A DNA stretch of 63,090 bases, filler included, from Nemertoderma westbladi (Eukaryota > Animalia > Xenacoelomorpha), in NCBI GenBank assembly GCA_032718475.1. It is 3 parts of 3 records of this genome, joined end to end, with 100 filler letters (N's around TTAATTAATTAA, not from the genome) between each part and the next. Parts side by side here need not be neighbours in the genome. Positions count along the whole stretch, not along the records: positions 46,626 to 63,090 come from JAUCBJ010002015.1; 2 more parts are not named here. One strand, written 5' to 3'. Within the stretch, counting starts at the first letter, position 1. Each line of letters opens with the position of its first letter. The notes beneath the pieces were generated by a model, which was not told where the DNA came from, ran no database searches, and saw only the letters and a list, made by a program, of their open reading frames with translations. Of this stretch, positions 48,015 through 60,500 are shown piece after piece. The position numbers and the translations under genes are program-made.

Positions 48015-49329
48015 GACTATGTATACCGTTGAATGTCTACTGCTGTATTACAGTCTGAGCAAGTCTAGTAACTCAGTATTAACTGCTAGCCTAGTAATTA
48101 ATTACCGGTACTGCTACTCAGTGTAGCGTGATATATATATAATATATTAGAATACCGGTATACTTATAGTATATATAACTATATAAGTATTATTACAGAC
48201 TAGGTTTATCACAGAATACCGGTATAATTTTAGCACAAATATATATAAATATATAATAGGCCTATCGGAATACCGGTATACAGCTTACAGTTTGTAGTAT
48301 ATATAATTCTGGAATAGAATTAATTACAAGTACCGGTATAATTTCAGCCTAGATTTATAGAAATAAGATAATAGGCCTATCGTAAATACCGGTATATCAA
48401 TTATTTTAGAATAATTGAATTTCTGTACTTTAGGGTTACTTGGTTACTTTAACTTACTTTCTTACCGTTATTTAAGCAGTAATCCAACTGATATTGAGAC
48501 CTAATGGTTATATGGTAGGCCTACTATTTATAAATCGTTAAATTTGATTTATAATATATATATACCCGTTTTAATGGGTTTAGTCAATTTTTGAAATAAA
48601 TGTTATTATTTCTGGGGTTATCACTACACAAAGCGGTACGCTTTCAGTGAAGTGTTACGTACAGGACACTAAAACAAATAATACTAATTTACCTAAGTTA
48701 CTTAATACTACTAATTACGTACAATTCGGGTGAGATTACAATCTCTAAATAAACACAAAAATTTACAAAAACATAAATACGAATTTTTAGGGTAATTTTA
48801 CAAGAAGTCTACAAACCAGCCTAACAAAGGGTTAGAAAACTGATTATTACAACGGACAGGGTACTACGGTATTTGAAATAATAAGTAGTAGTAAATACAC
48901 TGCGTTGTCTAGATAGAAAAATACCACCGCCTGACGACCTATAGCCGTATCGCTATAGGTTCTACGTTATGTATCACGGAGTGTTCCTACCTAGAAGTTA
49001 ATAGAGCTAATCGAATGTGCCTATCAACCACTTTACAACACAAATATAATGCCTACACTAATTACTTCGGAAAGTACTGTACACTAAACCCTAAATTAGG
49101 TACGAGTACTTGTACAACAGATAATCAGTAGTTAAATATACTTGAACAGCTAAAAGAACCACGGCATCTGCTGGAGTGACCGATGCACAAAATCACCAGT
49201 CTTTACCTACGCCGAGCAGCCCGTGTAGTACCGGGGTTAATTTAACTATAACGGTATGTATAACAAACACAATTACTGTAGGAGCAAACTTGGGGAATGA
49301 ATGTTGCGGATAATCGCATAAACTCTGAA

Positions 49330-49900
49330 TAATAAATATTACGCTACGCGTACAAACTACTCAAACAAAATACAGACCGAACACTGACAGACTACTATCA
49401 AGCCTAAACAAACTACGGTATATGCAGACTCCGAAATGATTAGGGAGTATGCGCTCTAACCCAGTAGTGCGACTTATTCTTTAGTTGGGGGTTTACCTTA
49501 CAGCGTTCGCTGCCCCTACTGCCTAACCGTACTTAATCGGACAGATGATCTACACACGCGGCAATCCGTTCAGACCTAATAACAGCCAGACAACTATCCA
49601 GCCTACAAATTATCTAAATAAAATTATACGCTACCCGTACAGAATTACACAAACAAAGTACAGACTAAACGATGGCAGACTACTCTCAAGCCTAAATAAA
49701 CTACAGGACATGCAGACTCCGAAATGATTAGGGAGTATGCGCTCTAACCCAGTAGTGCGACTTATTCTTTAGTTGGGGGTTTACCTTACAGCGTTCGCTG
49801 CCCCTACTTCCTAACCGTACTTAATCGGACAGATGATCTACATACACTGCAATTCGTTCGGACTTAACAGCAATCAGACAACAGCTCAGCCTACAAATCG
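49330..49900. repeat. Tandem duplication, ~288-bp period, in the element leader
   Basis: Near-identical core CAGACTCCGAAATG...CAGATGATCTACA at ~49425-49554 and ~49713-49842. Confidence 0.9.
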
Positions 49901-51719
49901 TCTGCACAATCTGATCAGGTTTACACGCCTTCTGTTCAATACTGGCCTACAAACAAATAAAACTGACAGAAATAGGCCTAAGTAAAATCCCAATAAAAAC
50001 CAGGCGTCCCCGATTAATTATTAAGACCTACCGGCATATATAATCAAATCGAATAATACTGCTGTACTTATACGGAAGTACCGGTTAGGACAGCTAGGCC
50101 TACGGACCTACAGAATTACCGGTTTAGGTTTACCGGTTGACCGGTACTTTCAACTTTATTGCTTACCGCAACAAAGAAGCTATATCCTTTAATGTTCGCG
50201 CTTTCAGACCTTTGGCAGTTTAACCCGCCAAATTAAGATGTCTTCTAGATATTAAATCGCTTTTTAGCCTATGACAAGTATTTGATTCACTACACTAGTC
50301 GAAACCAATCCGTGCGCGACCATTCACCCGCTGGATATTCCCGGGAGATTGGGTTCGACGGTTTAATTTTATTGCTATGTAAGCTTAATGTATTATTTGA
50401 CCTTTTTTTTTATATAATCTCTGACAATATTATTTACCTTCGGGAATATTAACAGTTCCTTTAGGACGTGGCGCTTTATCTATATAAACAGAGTTATGAC
50501 TTAAACTACTCACAACGATATGGCTTAATTATAATTAACATATATGGCGCATTCTTTAGGAAATGCTTCTTTAACAGACTCACTCATACGCAATGCTGCA
50601 CAATACTGCACACTAATCTGCCAATCTTCACTGATTTTAGTCACATATAAAAGGAACACAGACTGACTCATGTAGGGTCTATCAAATAACATTAGATTCA
50701 CTTCAAACCACTTTAACATAAGTCACAATCGTTATTGGTAACCTTTCTCTCTTACCTTCGGTATATCAAGAATATTGGGTGTCGGGGTTATTTCTCGTTA
50801 TTCCAATATAATAATTCATCAACAAATATAATGAATAACTGACAGTAAATAGCAGTATAACAATATAAAAGTATGCACAGTGTTACACAGTAAGCAGTGT
50901 ATGCAGTACTGCAGTATGCAGTGATTACGAAATTGCAGAGTGATATTTACAGTGATCAGATCAGTTAAAGGATATATGTCCTTATAATTAAACCTGCTAG
51001 TGTTGAGCTAAAAAGCAGAAAGCACAAAACACTAAAAAGCCGTTCTTTCGTGGCTTTGAAAAACTCGTGACTACTGCTCTATACGAGGATACCAACTCCC
51101 TTATTCCACGAAGCTCCCGTTCAACACAGAGAAAGAGCAGTGAGATAGGAAATTTTCAGTTCAGTAGCTCTGTGATAGGTCAAAATCAAGGCTAACTCAA
51201 ATTCTATTGGGAGATACAAAAACAAGGCTATGACGCAACCTCCCTAGGCTTGTTGGCCGATTAAACAGAGCCCAGATGCCTGCGTACAGCAAATCAGCCA
51301 ATAAGCTGGTAACTTGCACTATTTTTAGCTATAGATCACTTTGAGAGTATTCTTAGCGACTGGGGGGGAACTGGCCAACAAGGCAAACGAATCAGTTATC
51401 CCACAAAAGCTTTTACATAGATAGAGCGCCACGTCCTAAAGGAACTGCTAATATTTCCCGAAAGTGAATAATATTTGTCAGAGATTATATATTAACGATC
51501 AATCGAATAGTACGGTAGGCCTGCACCGCAATCAAATTAAAGCATCCGAATCCAGTCTCCCGGGTATATCCAGCGGGTGAATGGTCGCGCATAGACTGGC
51601 TTCGGCTAATGTTGGATTTATTTGTCTCAAATACTTGTCATAGGCTAAAGTCAATTTATAACCTAGAAGACATATAGATTTGGCGGGTTAAACTGCCAAA
51701 GGTCTTAAAAGCGCGAACA

Positions 51720-54700
51720 GAAAGCATTCGTACAGATATGAGCCTGGGGCTAGTCAGTTGTACAAGACTGATATGTGTCCGGGGCTAGTCCATTGTACAA
51801 GACCGATATGAGTCCAGGGCTAGTCCGTTGAAAGCATTCGTACAGATATGAGCCCGGGGCTAGTCCGTTGAAAGCATTCATACAGATATGAGCCCAGGGC
51901 TAGTCCGTTGAAAGCATTCGTACAGATATGAGCCCGGGCTAGTCCGTTGAAAGCATTCATACAGATATGAGCCCAGGGCTAGTCCGATGAAAGCATTCGT
52001 ACAGATATGAGCCCAGGGCTAGTCCGTTGTACAAGACTGATATGAGTCTGGGGCTAGTCCATTGTACAAGGCCGATATGAGTCCGGGGCTAGTCCGTTGA
52101 AAGCATTCGTACTGATATGAGCCCGGGGCTAGTCCGTTGAAAGCATTCATACAGATATGAGCCCGGGGCTAGTCCGTTGAAAGCATTCGTACAGATATGA
52201 GCCTGGGGCTAGTCAGTTGTACAAGACTGATATGAGTCCGGGGCTAGTCCGTTGTACAAGACTGATATGAGCCCGGGCTAGTCCATTGTATAGACCGATA
52301 TGAGCCTGGGGCTAGTCAGTTGTACAAGACTGATATGAGTCCGGGGCTAGTCCGTTGTACAAGACTGATATGAGCCCGGGGCTAGTCCATTGTATAGACC
52401 GATATGAGCCCGGGCTAGTCCATTGTATAGACCGATATGAGCCTGGGGCTAGTCAGTTGTACAAGACTGATATGAGTCCGGGGCTAGTCCGTTGTACAAG
52501 ACTGATATGAGCCCGGGGCTAGTCCGTTGTACAAGACTGATATGAGCCCGGGCTAGTCCATTGTATAGACCGATATGAGCCCGGGCTAGTCCATTGTATA
52601 GACCGATATGAGCCTGGGGCTAGTCAGTTGTACAAGACTGATATGAGTCCGGGGCTAGTCCGTTGTACAAGACTGATATGAGCCCGGGGCTAGTCCATTG
52701 TATAGACCGATATGAGCACGGGGCTAGTCCGATGAAAGCATTCGTACTGATATGAGCCCGGGGCTAGTCCGTTGAAAGCATTCGTACAGATATGAGCCCG
52801 GGGCTAGTCCGTTGAAAGCATTCGTACAGATATGAGCCTGGGGCTAGTCCGTTGAAAGCATTCGTACTGATATGAGCCCGGGGCTAGTCCATTGTACAAG
52901 ACCGATATGAGCCCGGGGCTAGTCAGTTGTACAAGACTGATATGAGTCCGGGGCTAGTCCATTGTACAAGGCCGATATGAGTCCGGGGCTAGTCCGTTGA
53001 AAGCATTCGTACAAATATGAGCCCGGGGCTAGTCCATTGTAAAAGGCCGATATGAGTCTGGGGCTTGTCTGTTGTACAAGACCAATATGATTCCGGGGCT
53101 AGTCCTTTGTACAAGACCGATATGAGACCGGGGCTAGTCCGCTGTACAAGGCTGATATGATTCTGGGGCTTTATGTTGTACAAGGCCGATATGAGTCCGG
53201 GGCTAGTTCGTTGTACAAGGCCGATATGAGTCCGGGGTTAGTCCATTGTACAAGGTCGATATGAGCCCAGGGCTAGTCCGTTGTACAAGACCGATATGAG
53301 CCCGGGGCTAGTCCGTTGTACAAGGCAGATATGAGACGGGCTAGTCTGTTGTACAAGGTTGATATGAGTCTGGGGCTAGTCCGTTGTACAAGGCCAATAT
53401 GAATCCGGTGCTAATCCGTTGTACAAGGCCGATATGAATCCGGTGCTAGTCCGTTGTACAAGGCCGATATGAATCCGGTGCTAATCCGTTGTACAAGGCC
53501 GATATGAATCCGGTGCTAGTCCGTTGTACTAGGCTGATATGATTCTGGGGCTTTATGTTGTACAAGACCGATATGAGTCCAGGGCTAGTCCGTTGTACAA
53601 GGCCGATATGAGTCCGGGGTTAGTCCATTGTAGAAGGCCGATATGAGTCCAGGGCTAGTCCGTTGTACAAGGCCGATATGAGTCCGGGGCTAGTCCGTTG
53701 TACAAGGCCGATATGAGTCCGGGGCTAGTTCGTTGTACAAGGCCGATATGAGTCCGGGGCTAGTCCATTGTACAAGGTCGATATGAGCCCAGGGCTAGTC
53801 CGTTGTACAAGACCGATATGAGCCCGGGGCTAGTCCGTTATTCAAGGCCAATATGAGTACGGGGCTAGTCTGTTGTACAAGGCCGATATGAGTCCGGGGC
53901 TAGTCCGTTGTACAAGGCCGATATGAATCCGGTGCTAGTCCGTTGTACAAGGCCGATATGAGTCCGGGGTTAGTCCATTGTAGAAGGCCGATATGAGTCC
54001 AGGGCTAGTCCGTTGTACAAGGCCGATATGAGACGGGCTAGTCAGTTGTACAAGGCTGATATGAGTCTGGGGCTAGTCCGTTGTACAAGGCCGATATGAA
54101 TCCGGTGCTAATCCGTTGTACAAGGCCGATATGAATCCGGTGCTAGTCCGTTGTACACCGCCGATATGAGTCCGGGGCTAGTCCGTTATTCAAGGCCAAT
54201 ATGAGTACGGGGCTAGTCCGTTGTACAAGGCCGATATGAGTCCGGGGCTAGTCCGTTATACAAGGCCGATATGAATCCGGTGCTAGTCCGTTGTACAAGG
54301 CCGATATGAGTATGGGGCTAGTCCGTTGTACAAGACCGATATGAGTCTGTGGCTTGTCTGTTGTACAAGGCCGGTATGAGTCCGGGCTAGTCCGTTGTAC
54401 AAGGCCGATATGTGCCCGGGGCTAGTCCATTGTACAATGCCGATATGTGCCCGGGGCTAGTCCGTTGTACTAGGCCGATATGAGTCCGGGGCTAGTCCGT
54501 TGTACAAGGCCGATATGTGCCCGGGGCTAGTCCATTGTACAAGACCGTTATGAGCCGAGGGCTAGTCCGTTGTACAAGGCCGATATGTGTCCGGGGCTAG
54601 TTCGTGGTACAAGGTCGATATGAGCAAGGGGCTAGTCCGCTGTACAAGGCCGATATGTGTCCGGGGCTAGTCCGTTGAAAGCAATCGTACAGATATGAGT

Positions 54701-56863
54701 CCGGGGCTAGTTCGTTGTACAAGGCCGATATGAGCAAGGGGCTAGTCCGTTGTACAAGGCCGATATGAGTCCGGGACTAGTCCGTTGTACAAGACCGATA
54801 TGTGTCCCGGGCTAGTCCGTTGAAAGCATTTGTACAGATATCAGCCCGGGGCTTGTTTGTTGTACAAGGCTGATATGAGTCCGGGGCTAGTCCGTTGTAC
54901 AAGGCCGATATGTGTCCGGGGCTAGTCCGTTGAAAGCATTCATACAGATATGAGCCTGGGGCTAGTCCGTTGAAAGCATTCGTACAGATATGACCCCGGG
55001 GCTAGTCCGTTGAAAGCATTCGTACAGATATGAGCCCGGGGCTAGTCCGTTGAAAGCATTCGTACTGATATGAGCCCGGGGCTAGTCCATTGTACAAGAC
55101 CGATATGAGCCTGGGGCTAGTCCGTTGTACAAGACTGATATGAGCCCGGGGCTAGTCCGTTGTACAAGACTGATATGAGCCCGGGCTAGTCCGTTGTACA
55201 AGACTGATATGAGCCCGGGCTAGTCCATTGTATAGACCGATATGAGCACGGGGCTAGTCCGTTGAAAGCATTCGTACAGATATGAGCCCGGGGCTAGTCC
55301 GATGAAAGCATTCGTACAGATATGAGCACGGGGCTAGTCCGATGAAAGCATTCGTACTGATATGAGCCCGGGGCTAGTCCGTTGTACAAGACTGATATGA
55401 GCCCGGGGCTAGTCCGTTGTACAAGACTGATATGAGCCCGGGCTAGTCCATTGTATAGACCGATATGAGCACGGGGCTAGTCCGTTGTACAAGACTGATG
55501 TGAGCCCGGGCTAGTCCATTGTATAGACCGATATGAGCACGGGGCTAGTCCATTGTATAGACCGATATGAGCACGGGGCTAGTCCGATGTACAAGACTGA
55601 TATGAGCCCGGGCTAGTCCATTGTATAGACCGATATGAGCACGGGGCTAGTCCATTGTATAGACCGATATGAGCACGGGGCTAGTCCGTTGTACAAGACT
55701 GATATGAGCCCGGGGCTAGTCCGTTGTACAAGACTGATATGAGCCCGGGGCTAGTCCGTTGTACAAGACTGATATGAGCCCGGGGCTAGTCCGTTGTACA
55801 AGACTGATATGAGCCCGGGCTAGTCCATTGTATAGACCGATATGAGCACGGGGCTAGTCCGTTGTACAAGACTGATGTGAGCCCGGGCTAGTCCATTGTA
55901 TAGACCGATATGAGCACGGGGCTAGTCCATTGTATAGACCGATATGAGCACGGGGCTAGTCCGATGTACAAGACTGATATGAGCCCGGGCTAGTCCATTG
56001 TATAGACCGATATGAGCACGGGGCTAGTCCGATGAAAGCATTCGTACTGATATGAGCCCGGGGCTAGTCCGTTGAAAGCATTCATACAGATATGAGCCCG
56101 GGCTAGTCCGTTGAAAGCATTCGTACAGATATGAGCCCGGGCTAGTCCGTTGAAAGCATTCGTACAGATATGAGCCCGGGCTAGTCCGTTGAAAGCATTC
56201 GTACAGATATGAGCACGGGGCTAGTCCGATGAAAGCATTCGTACTGATATGAGCCCGGGGCTAGTCCGTTGTACAAGACTGATATGAGCCCAGGGCTAGT
56301 CCATTGTATAGACCGATATGAGCACGGGGCTAGTCCGTTGTACAAGACTGATGTGAGCCCGGGCTAGTCCATTGTATAGACCGATATGAGCACGGGGCTA
56401 GTCCATTGTATAGACCGATATGAGCACGGGGCTAGTCCGATGAAAGCATTCGTACTGATATGAGCCCGGGGCTAGTCCGTTGAAAGCATTCATACAGATA
56501 TGAGCCCGGGCTAGTCCGTTGAAAGCATTCGTACAGATATGAGCCCGGGCTAGTCCGTTGAAAGCATTCGTACAGATATGAGCCCGGGGCTAGTCCGTTG
56601 AAAGCATTCGTACTGATATGAGCCTGGGGCTAGTCCGTTGAAAGCATTCGTACTGATATGAGCCCGGGGCTAGTCCGTTGAAAGCATTCGTACTGATATG
56701 AGCCCGGGGCTAGTCCGTTGAAAGCATTCGTACAGATATGAGCCCGGGCTAGTCCGTTGAAAGCATTCGTACTGATATGAGCCCGGGGCTAGTCCGTTGA
56801 AAGCATTCGTACTGATATGAGCCCGGGCTAGTCCGTTGAAAGCATTCGTACAGATATGAGCCC
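51720..56863. repeat. Satellite (~5.1 kb) of interleaved 35-bp and 40-bp unit variants
   Basis: GATATGAGYCCGGGGCTAGTCCGTTG followed by either TACAAGRCY or AAAGCATTCGTACA. Confidence 0.97.
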
Positions 56864-57574
56864 TATATAATCACCCTTTCAGTCAAAAGACACACCACAC
56901 CGGTCACTCACTAATCATCCGTTCCCACAATGTTCCACTTATTTCTACACTCAATATTGTATCCGGGATTATGGGTCATCTAATGTTATTATATTTTGGT
57001 TTTATATTAGATTACAGCAGAAACAAAACTACTTTGGCCCCCAGGCACGAATCGACGAACCCTCGACCTCTGGAGAGATGTGCTGACGTGGAGAATGTGC
57101 GAGGCTCCCAGAAACTGTTGTCTTTGCTTATTGAGCTCAAAAGTCATTGTGACGTCATATACAATGAAGCAACATTTCTTATTAGCGCAAACCGATTGAA
57201 CACACCTGCGGCTGGTTTGTAACCCTTTATTAGTTCGAGCTAATAGTACCGGCGTCCCTAGTAGTAGGCGGCGGCCTAGAGTACCACATAAAACACTCAC
57301 AATGGAAATGATTAATTAATTTAGTTGCCAAGTTGATAAACACAACTTGCAGCCACCAGCCAATGATATCCAATCAACCTGTATAAAATAAATACCTGGC
57401 AACCAAAACAACACGAATATCACACTTAATAACTTAGCCAATCTAAATTCTTGCCATCCTAATGTTCTAGCTATTATATTTCGAAAATTAGGCATTCAGT
57501 ATTTTGTTGTATGTCGCTATTTCTTACGCCATAGGTTTACTCTACGTTGGTAAGAATAGTAACAGCTTCATAAT

Positions 57575-60500
57575 ATGGCGCCATTGATAACATTAACCAA
57601 AGCCATGCCGACTGTGCAGCAATCCAGAGGGGCGGATACAGATGTTATGCGATTCTATTGGTTCGTATGTCACAGATTAATAAACTTACACCCGTCTCAC
57701 ACAATGCTACGCATGTAGGCTTACAGTAGCACTGTAGCAGTTTCCCACACAGATTAATAAACTTACACCCGTCTCACACAATGCTACGCATGTAGGCTTA
57801 CAGTAGCACTGTAGCCCCGTCTCACACAATGCTACGCATGTAGGCTTACAGTAGCACTGTAGCCCCGTCTCACACAATGCTACGCATGTAGGCTTACAGT
57901 AGCACTGTAGCCCCGACTCACACAATGCTACGCATGTAGGCTTACAGTAGCACTGTAGCCCCGTCTCACACAATGCTACGCATGTAGGCTTACAGTAGCA
58001 CTGTAGCCCCGTCTCACACAATGCTACGCATGTAGGCTTACAGTAGCACTGTAGCCCCGTCTCACACAATGCTACGCATGTAGGCTTACAGTAGCACTGT
58101 AGCAGTTTCCCACACAGATTAATAAACTTACACCCGTCTCACACAATGCTACGCATGTAGGCTTACAGTAGCACTGTAGCCCCGTCTCACACAATGCTAC
58201 GCATGTAGGCTTACAGTAGCACTGTAGCCCCGTCTCACACAATGCTACGCATGTAGGCTTACAGTAGCACTGTAGCCCCGTCTCACACAATGCTACGCAT
58301 GTAGGCTTACAGTAGCACTGTAGCCCCGTCTCACACAATGCTACGCATGTAGGCTTACAGTAGCACTGTAGCCCCGTCTCACACAATGCTACGCATGTAG
58401 GCTTACAGTAGCACTGTAGCCCCGTCTCACACAATGCTACGCATGTAGGCTTACAGTAGCACTGTAGCCCCGACTCACACAATGCTACGCATGTAGGCTT
58501 ACAGTAGCACTGTAGCCCCGTCTCACACAATGCTACGCATGTAGGCTTACAGTAGCACTGTAGCCGTCTCACACAATGCTACGCATGTAGGCTTACAGTA
58601 GCACTGTAGCCCCGACTCACACAATGCTACGCATGTAGGCTTACAGTAGCACTGTAGCCCCGTCTCACACAATGCTACGCATGTAGGCTTACAGTAGCAC
58701 TGTAGCCCCGTCTCACACAATGCTACGCATGTAGGCTTACAGTAGCACTGTAGCCGCCTCACACAATGCTACGCATGTAGGCTTACAGTAGCATTACACC
58801 CGTCTCACACAATGCTACGCATGTAGGCTTACAGTAGCACTGTAGCAGTTTCCCACACAGATTAATAAACTTACACCCGTCTCACACAATGCTACGCATG
58901 TAGGCTTACAGTAGCACTGTAGCAGTTTCCCAGACACGAACAACTTTTAATACGTGATTTCGGTTCCTTATTAAATTTTCAAAAAAATTTTAAAAATGTC
59001 GATAAAACAAAAGTTGCATCTCTTGTAGTTGGGTTGTTCAGCTACTGATGAAACAAATGAGTTGAATTTAGGCTGACTGGAATGATGGATTGAGGATTGA
59101 GTCTAGGTTTGTAGCTAAATGTTCTAGAACATTGTGTATTTATTAAAAGGAATAAAGGCCTGCATCGCAAGTAAATACATGCAACATTCAAATGCCCATA
59201 TATCAGCTATTTCCCAACCAAATTCAAATATTTTTACATATTTGGAATCCTTGCACGGTCAGCTTTCCACTAATTCCAACAAATCACTAAAGGTTTGAAG
59301 AATAACTGCGGTATAACTGGTGCAATATCAACGGAGCTGGCTCACCCAGGCAGTGCAGTGGTCGGGAAGTGAAACTATCTGTTTCGTACTCGTTAGAATA
59401 CTGTAATGAGTGGTTGGTTGATAATGAGCCATCCACTACGGTAAGACTGAAAGTATTTTGTTTGGCAAAGTTAAAAAAGTTAACTAAGTTTGAAGTCACT
59501 GCTTATTCGCAGAAAGCACAGTGAAAAATATTTTCTCGAAAGTTAACAGTAGGCTAAAGTTTCTATACAGAAATAAAAATAGTTTAACACCGACTCTCGC
59601 AAGTTGATCTTCGTTAATACAGTGGACAATATATGGACAACGTGTGCTCTTCGTGGTATTTAACAAAAAATATAATTATATTTAACAAAACAGCTTAAGT
59701 GTCAAGTAGCTCAGAATAAAGTAGTACAATTTATTAAAGACTACAAACCTAGGCACCACCTAACTCCAGATGACTTTTCTGAATCTGGACTACTTAACTT
59801 AGATAGTAGAGTTAAGCAGCTACGCCTTAAGTTAGCTTTAGTTCCAATTTAAGCCTCATGCGAATTTAGTTCCAATGGAAACGAATTTAGTTCTAATTTT
59901 GGTGAATTTAGTTCCAATTTAGGCGAACTTAGTTCCAATGGAAGCGAATTTAGTTCCAATGGGTACGAACTTAGTTCCAGTGGAAGCGAATTTAGTTCCA
60001 ATGCAAGCCAATTTAGTTCCAATGCATGCGAATTTAGTTCCAATGGGTACGAACTTAGTTCCAGTGGAAGCGAATTTAGTTCCAATGGAAGCGAATTTAG
60101 TTCCAATGGATGCGAATTTAGTTCCAATGGAAGCGAATTTAGTTCCAATGGAAGCGAATTTAGTTCCAATGGAAGCGAATTTAGTTCCAATGGAAGCGAA
60201 TTTAGTTCCAATGGATGCGAATTTAGTTCCAATGGATGCGAATTTAGTTCCAATGGAAGCGAATTTAGTTCCAATGGATGCGAACTTAGTTCCAATGGAA
60301 GCGAATTTAGTTCCAATGGAAGCGAATTTAGTTCCAATGGAAGCGAATTTAGTTCCAATGGAAGCGAATTTAGTTCCAATGGAGGCGAATTTAGTTCCAA
60401 TGTTTCATGTGTGGGGCGAGCTACGTAGTTGGCGAAGAATCTGTTTAAGGTCACTATTAGGTGGATGGTTAAATAATAATTGTAAATAACTAACCCAAAA

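Larger units (their letters stand above)
46626..51719 (-). mobile_element. 5' part of a putative LTR retroelement: 1527-bp LTR (51719-50193, TGTT...AACA), self-complementary PBS, ~2.2-kb leader, Gag-like ORF running into the gap
   Basis: TGTT/AACA ends with ~165-bp imperfect terminal inverted repeats; abuts the satellite at 51720; the 12 nt after the LTR are complementary to LTR 50965-50976. No second LTR or TSD is visible. Confidence 0.6.

Noticed and set aside
51720-56863. CRISPR-like constant repeat with variable intervening sequence
   Set aside because: The variable parts are only two or three recurring short tails, not unique spacers; no cas genes; eukaryotic context.
56971-57400. Possible exon(s) or a divergent gene upstream of PPP1R32
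   Set aside because: Splice-like signals exist on both strands, but there is no recognisable protein or consistent gene model.
57707-58762. Cys-rich ORFs (CETGLQCYCKPTCVAL)n resembling metallothionein or keratin-associated proteins
   Set aside because: Translation of a 48-bp intronic minisatellite with near-identical units and no ATG or gene context.
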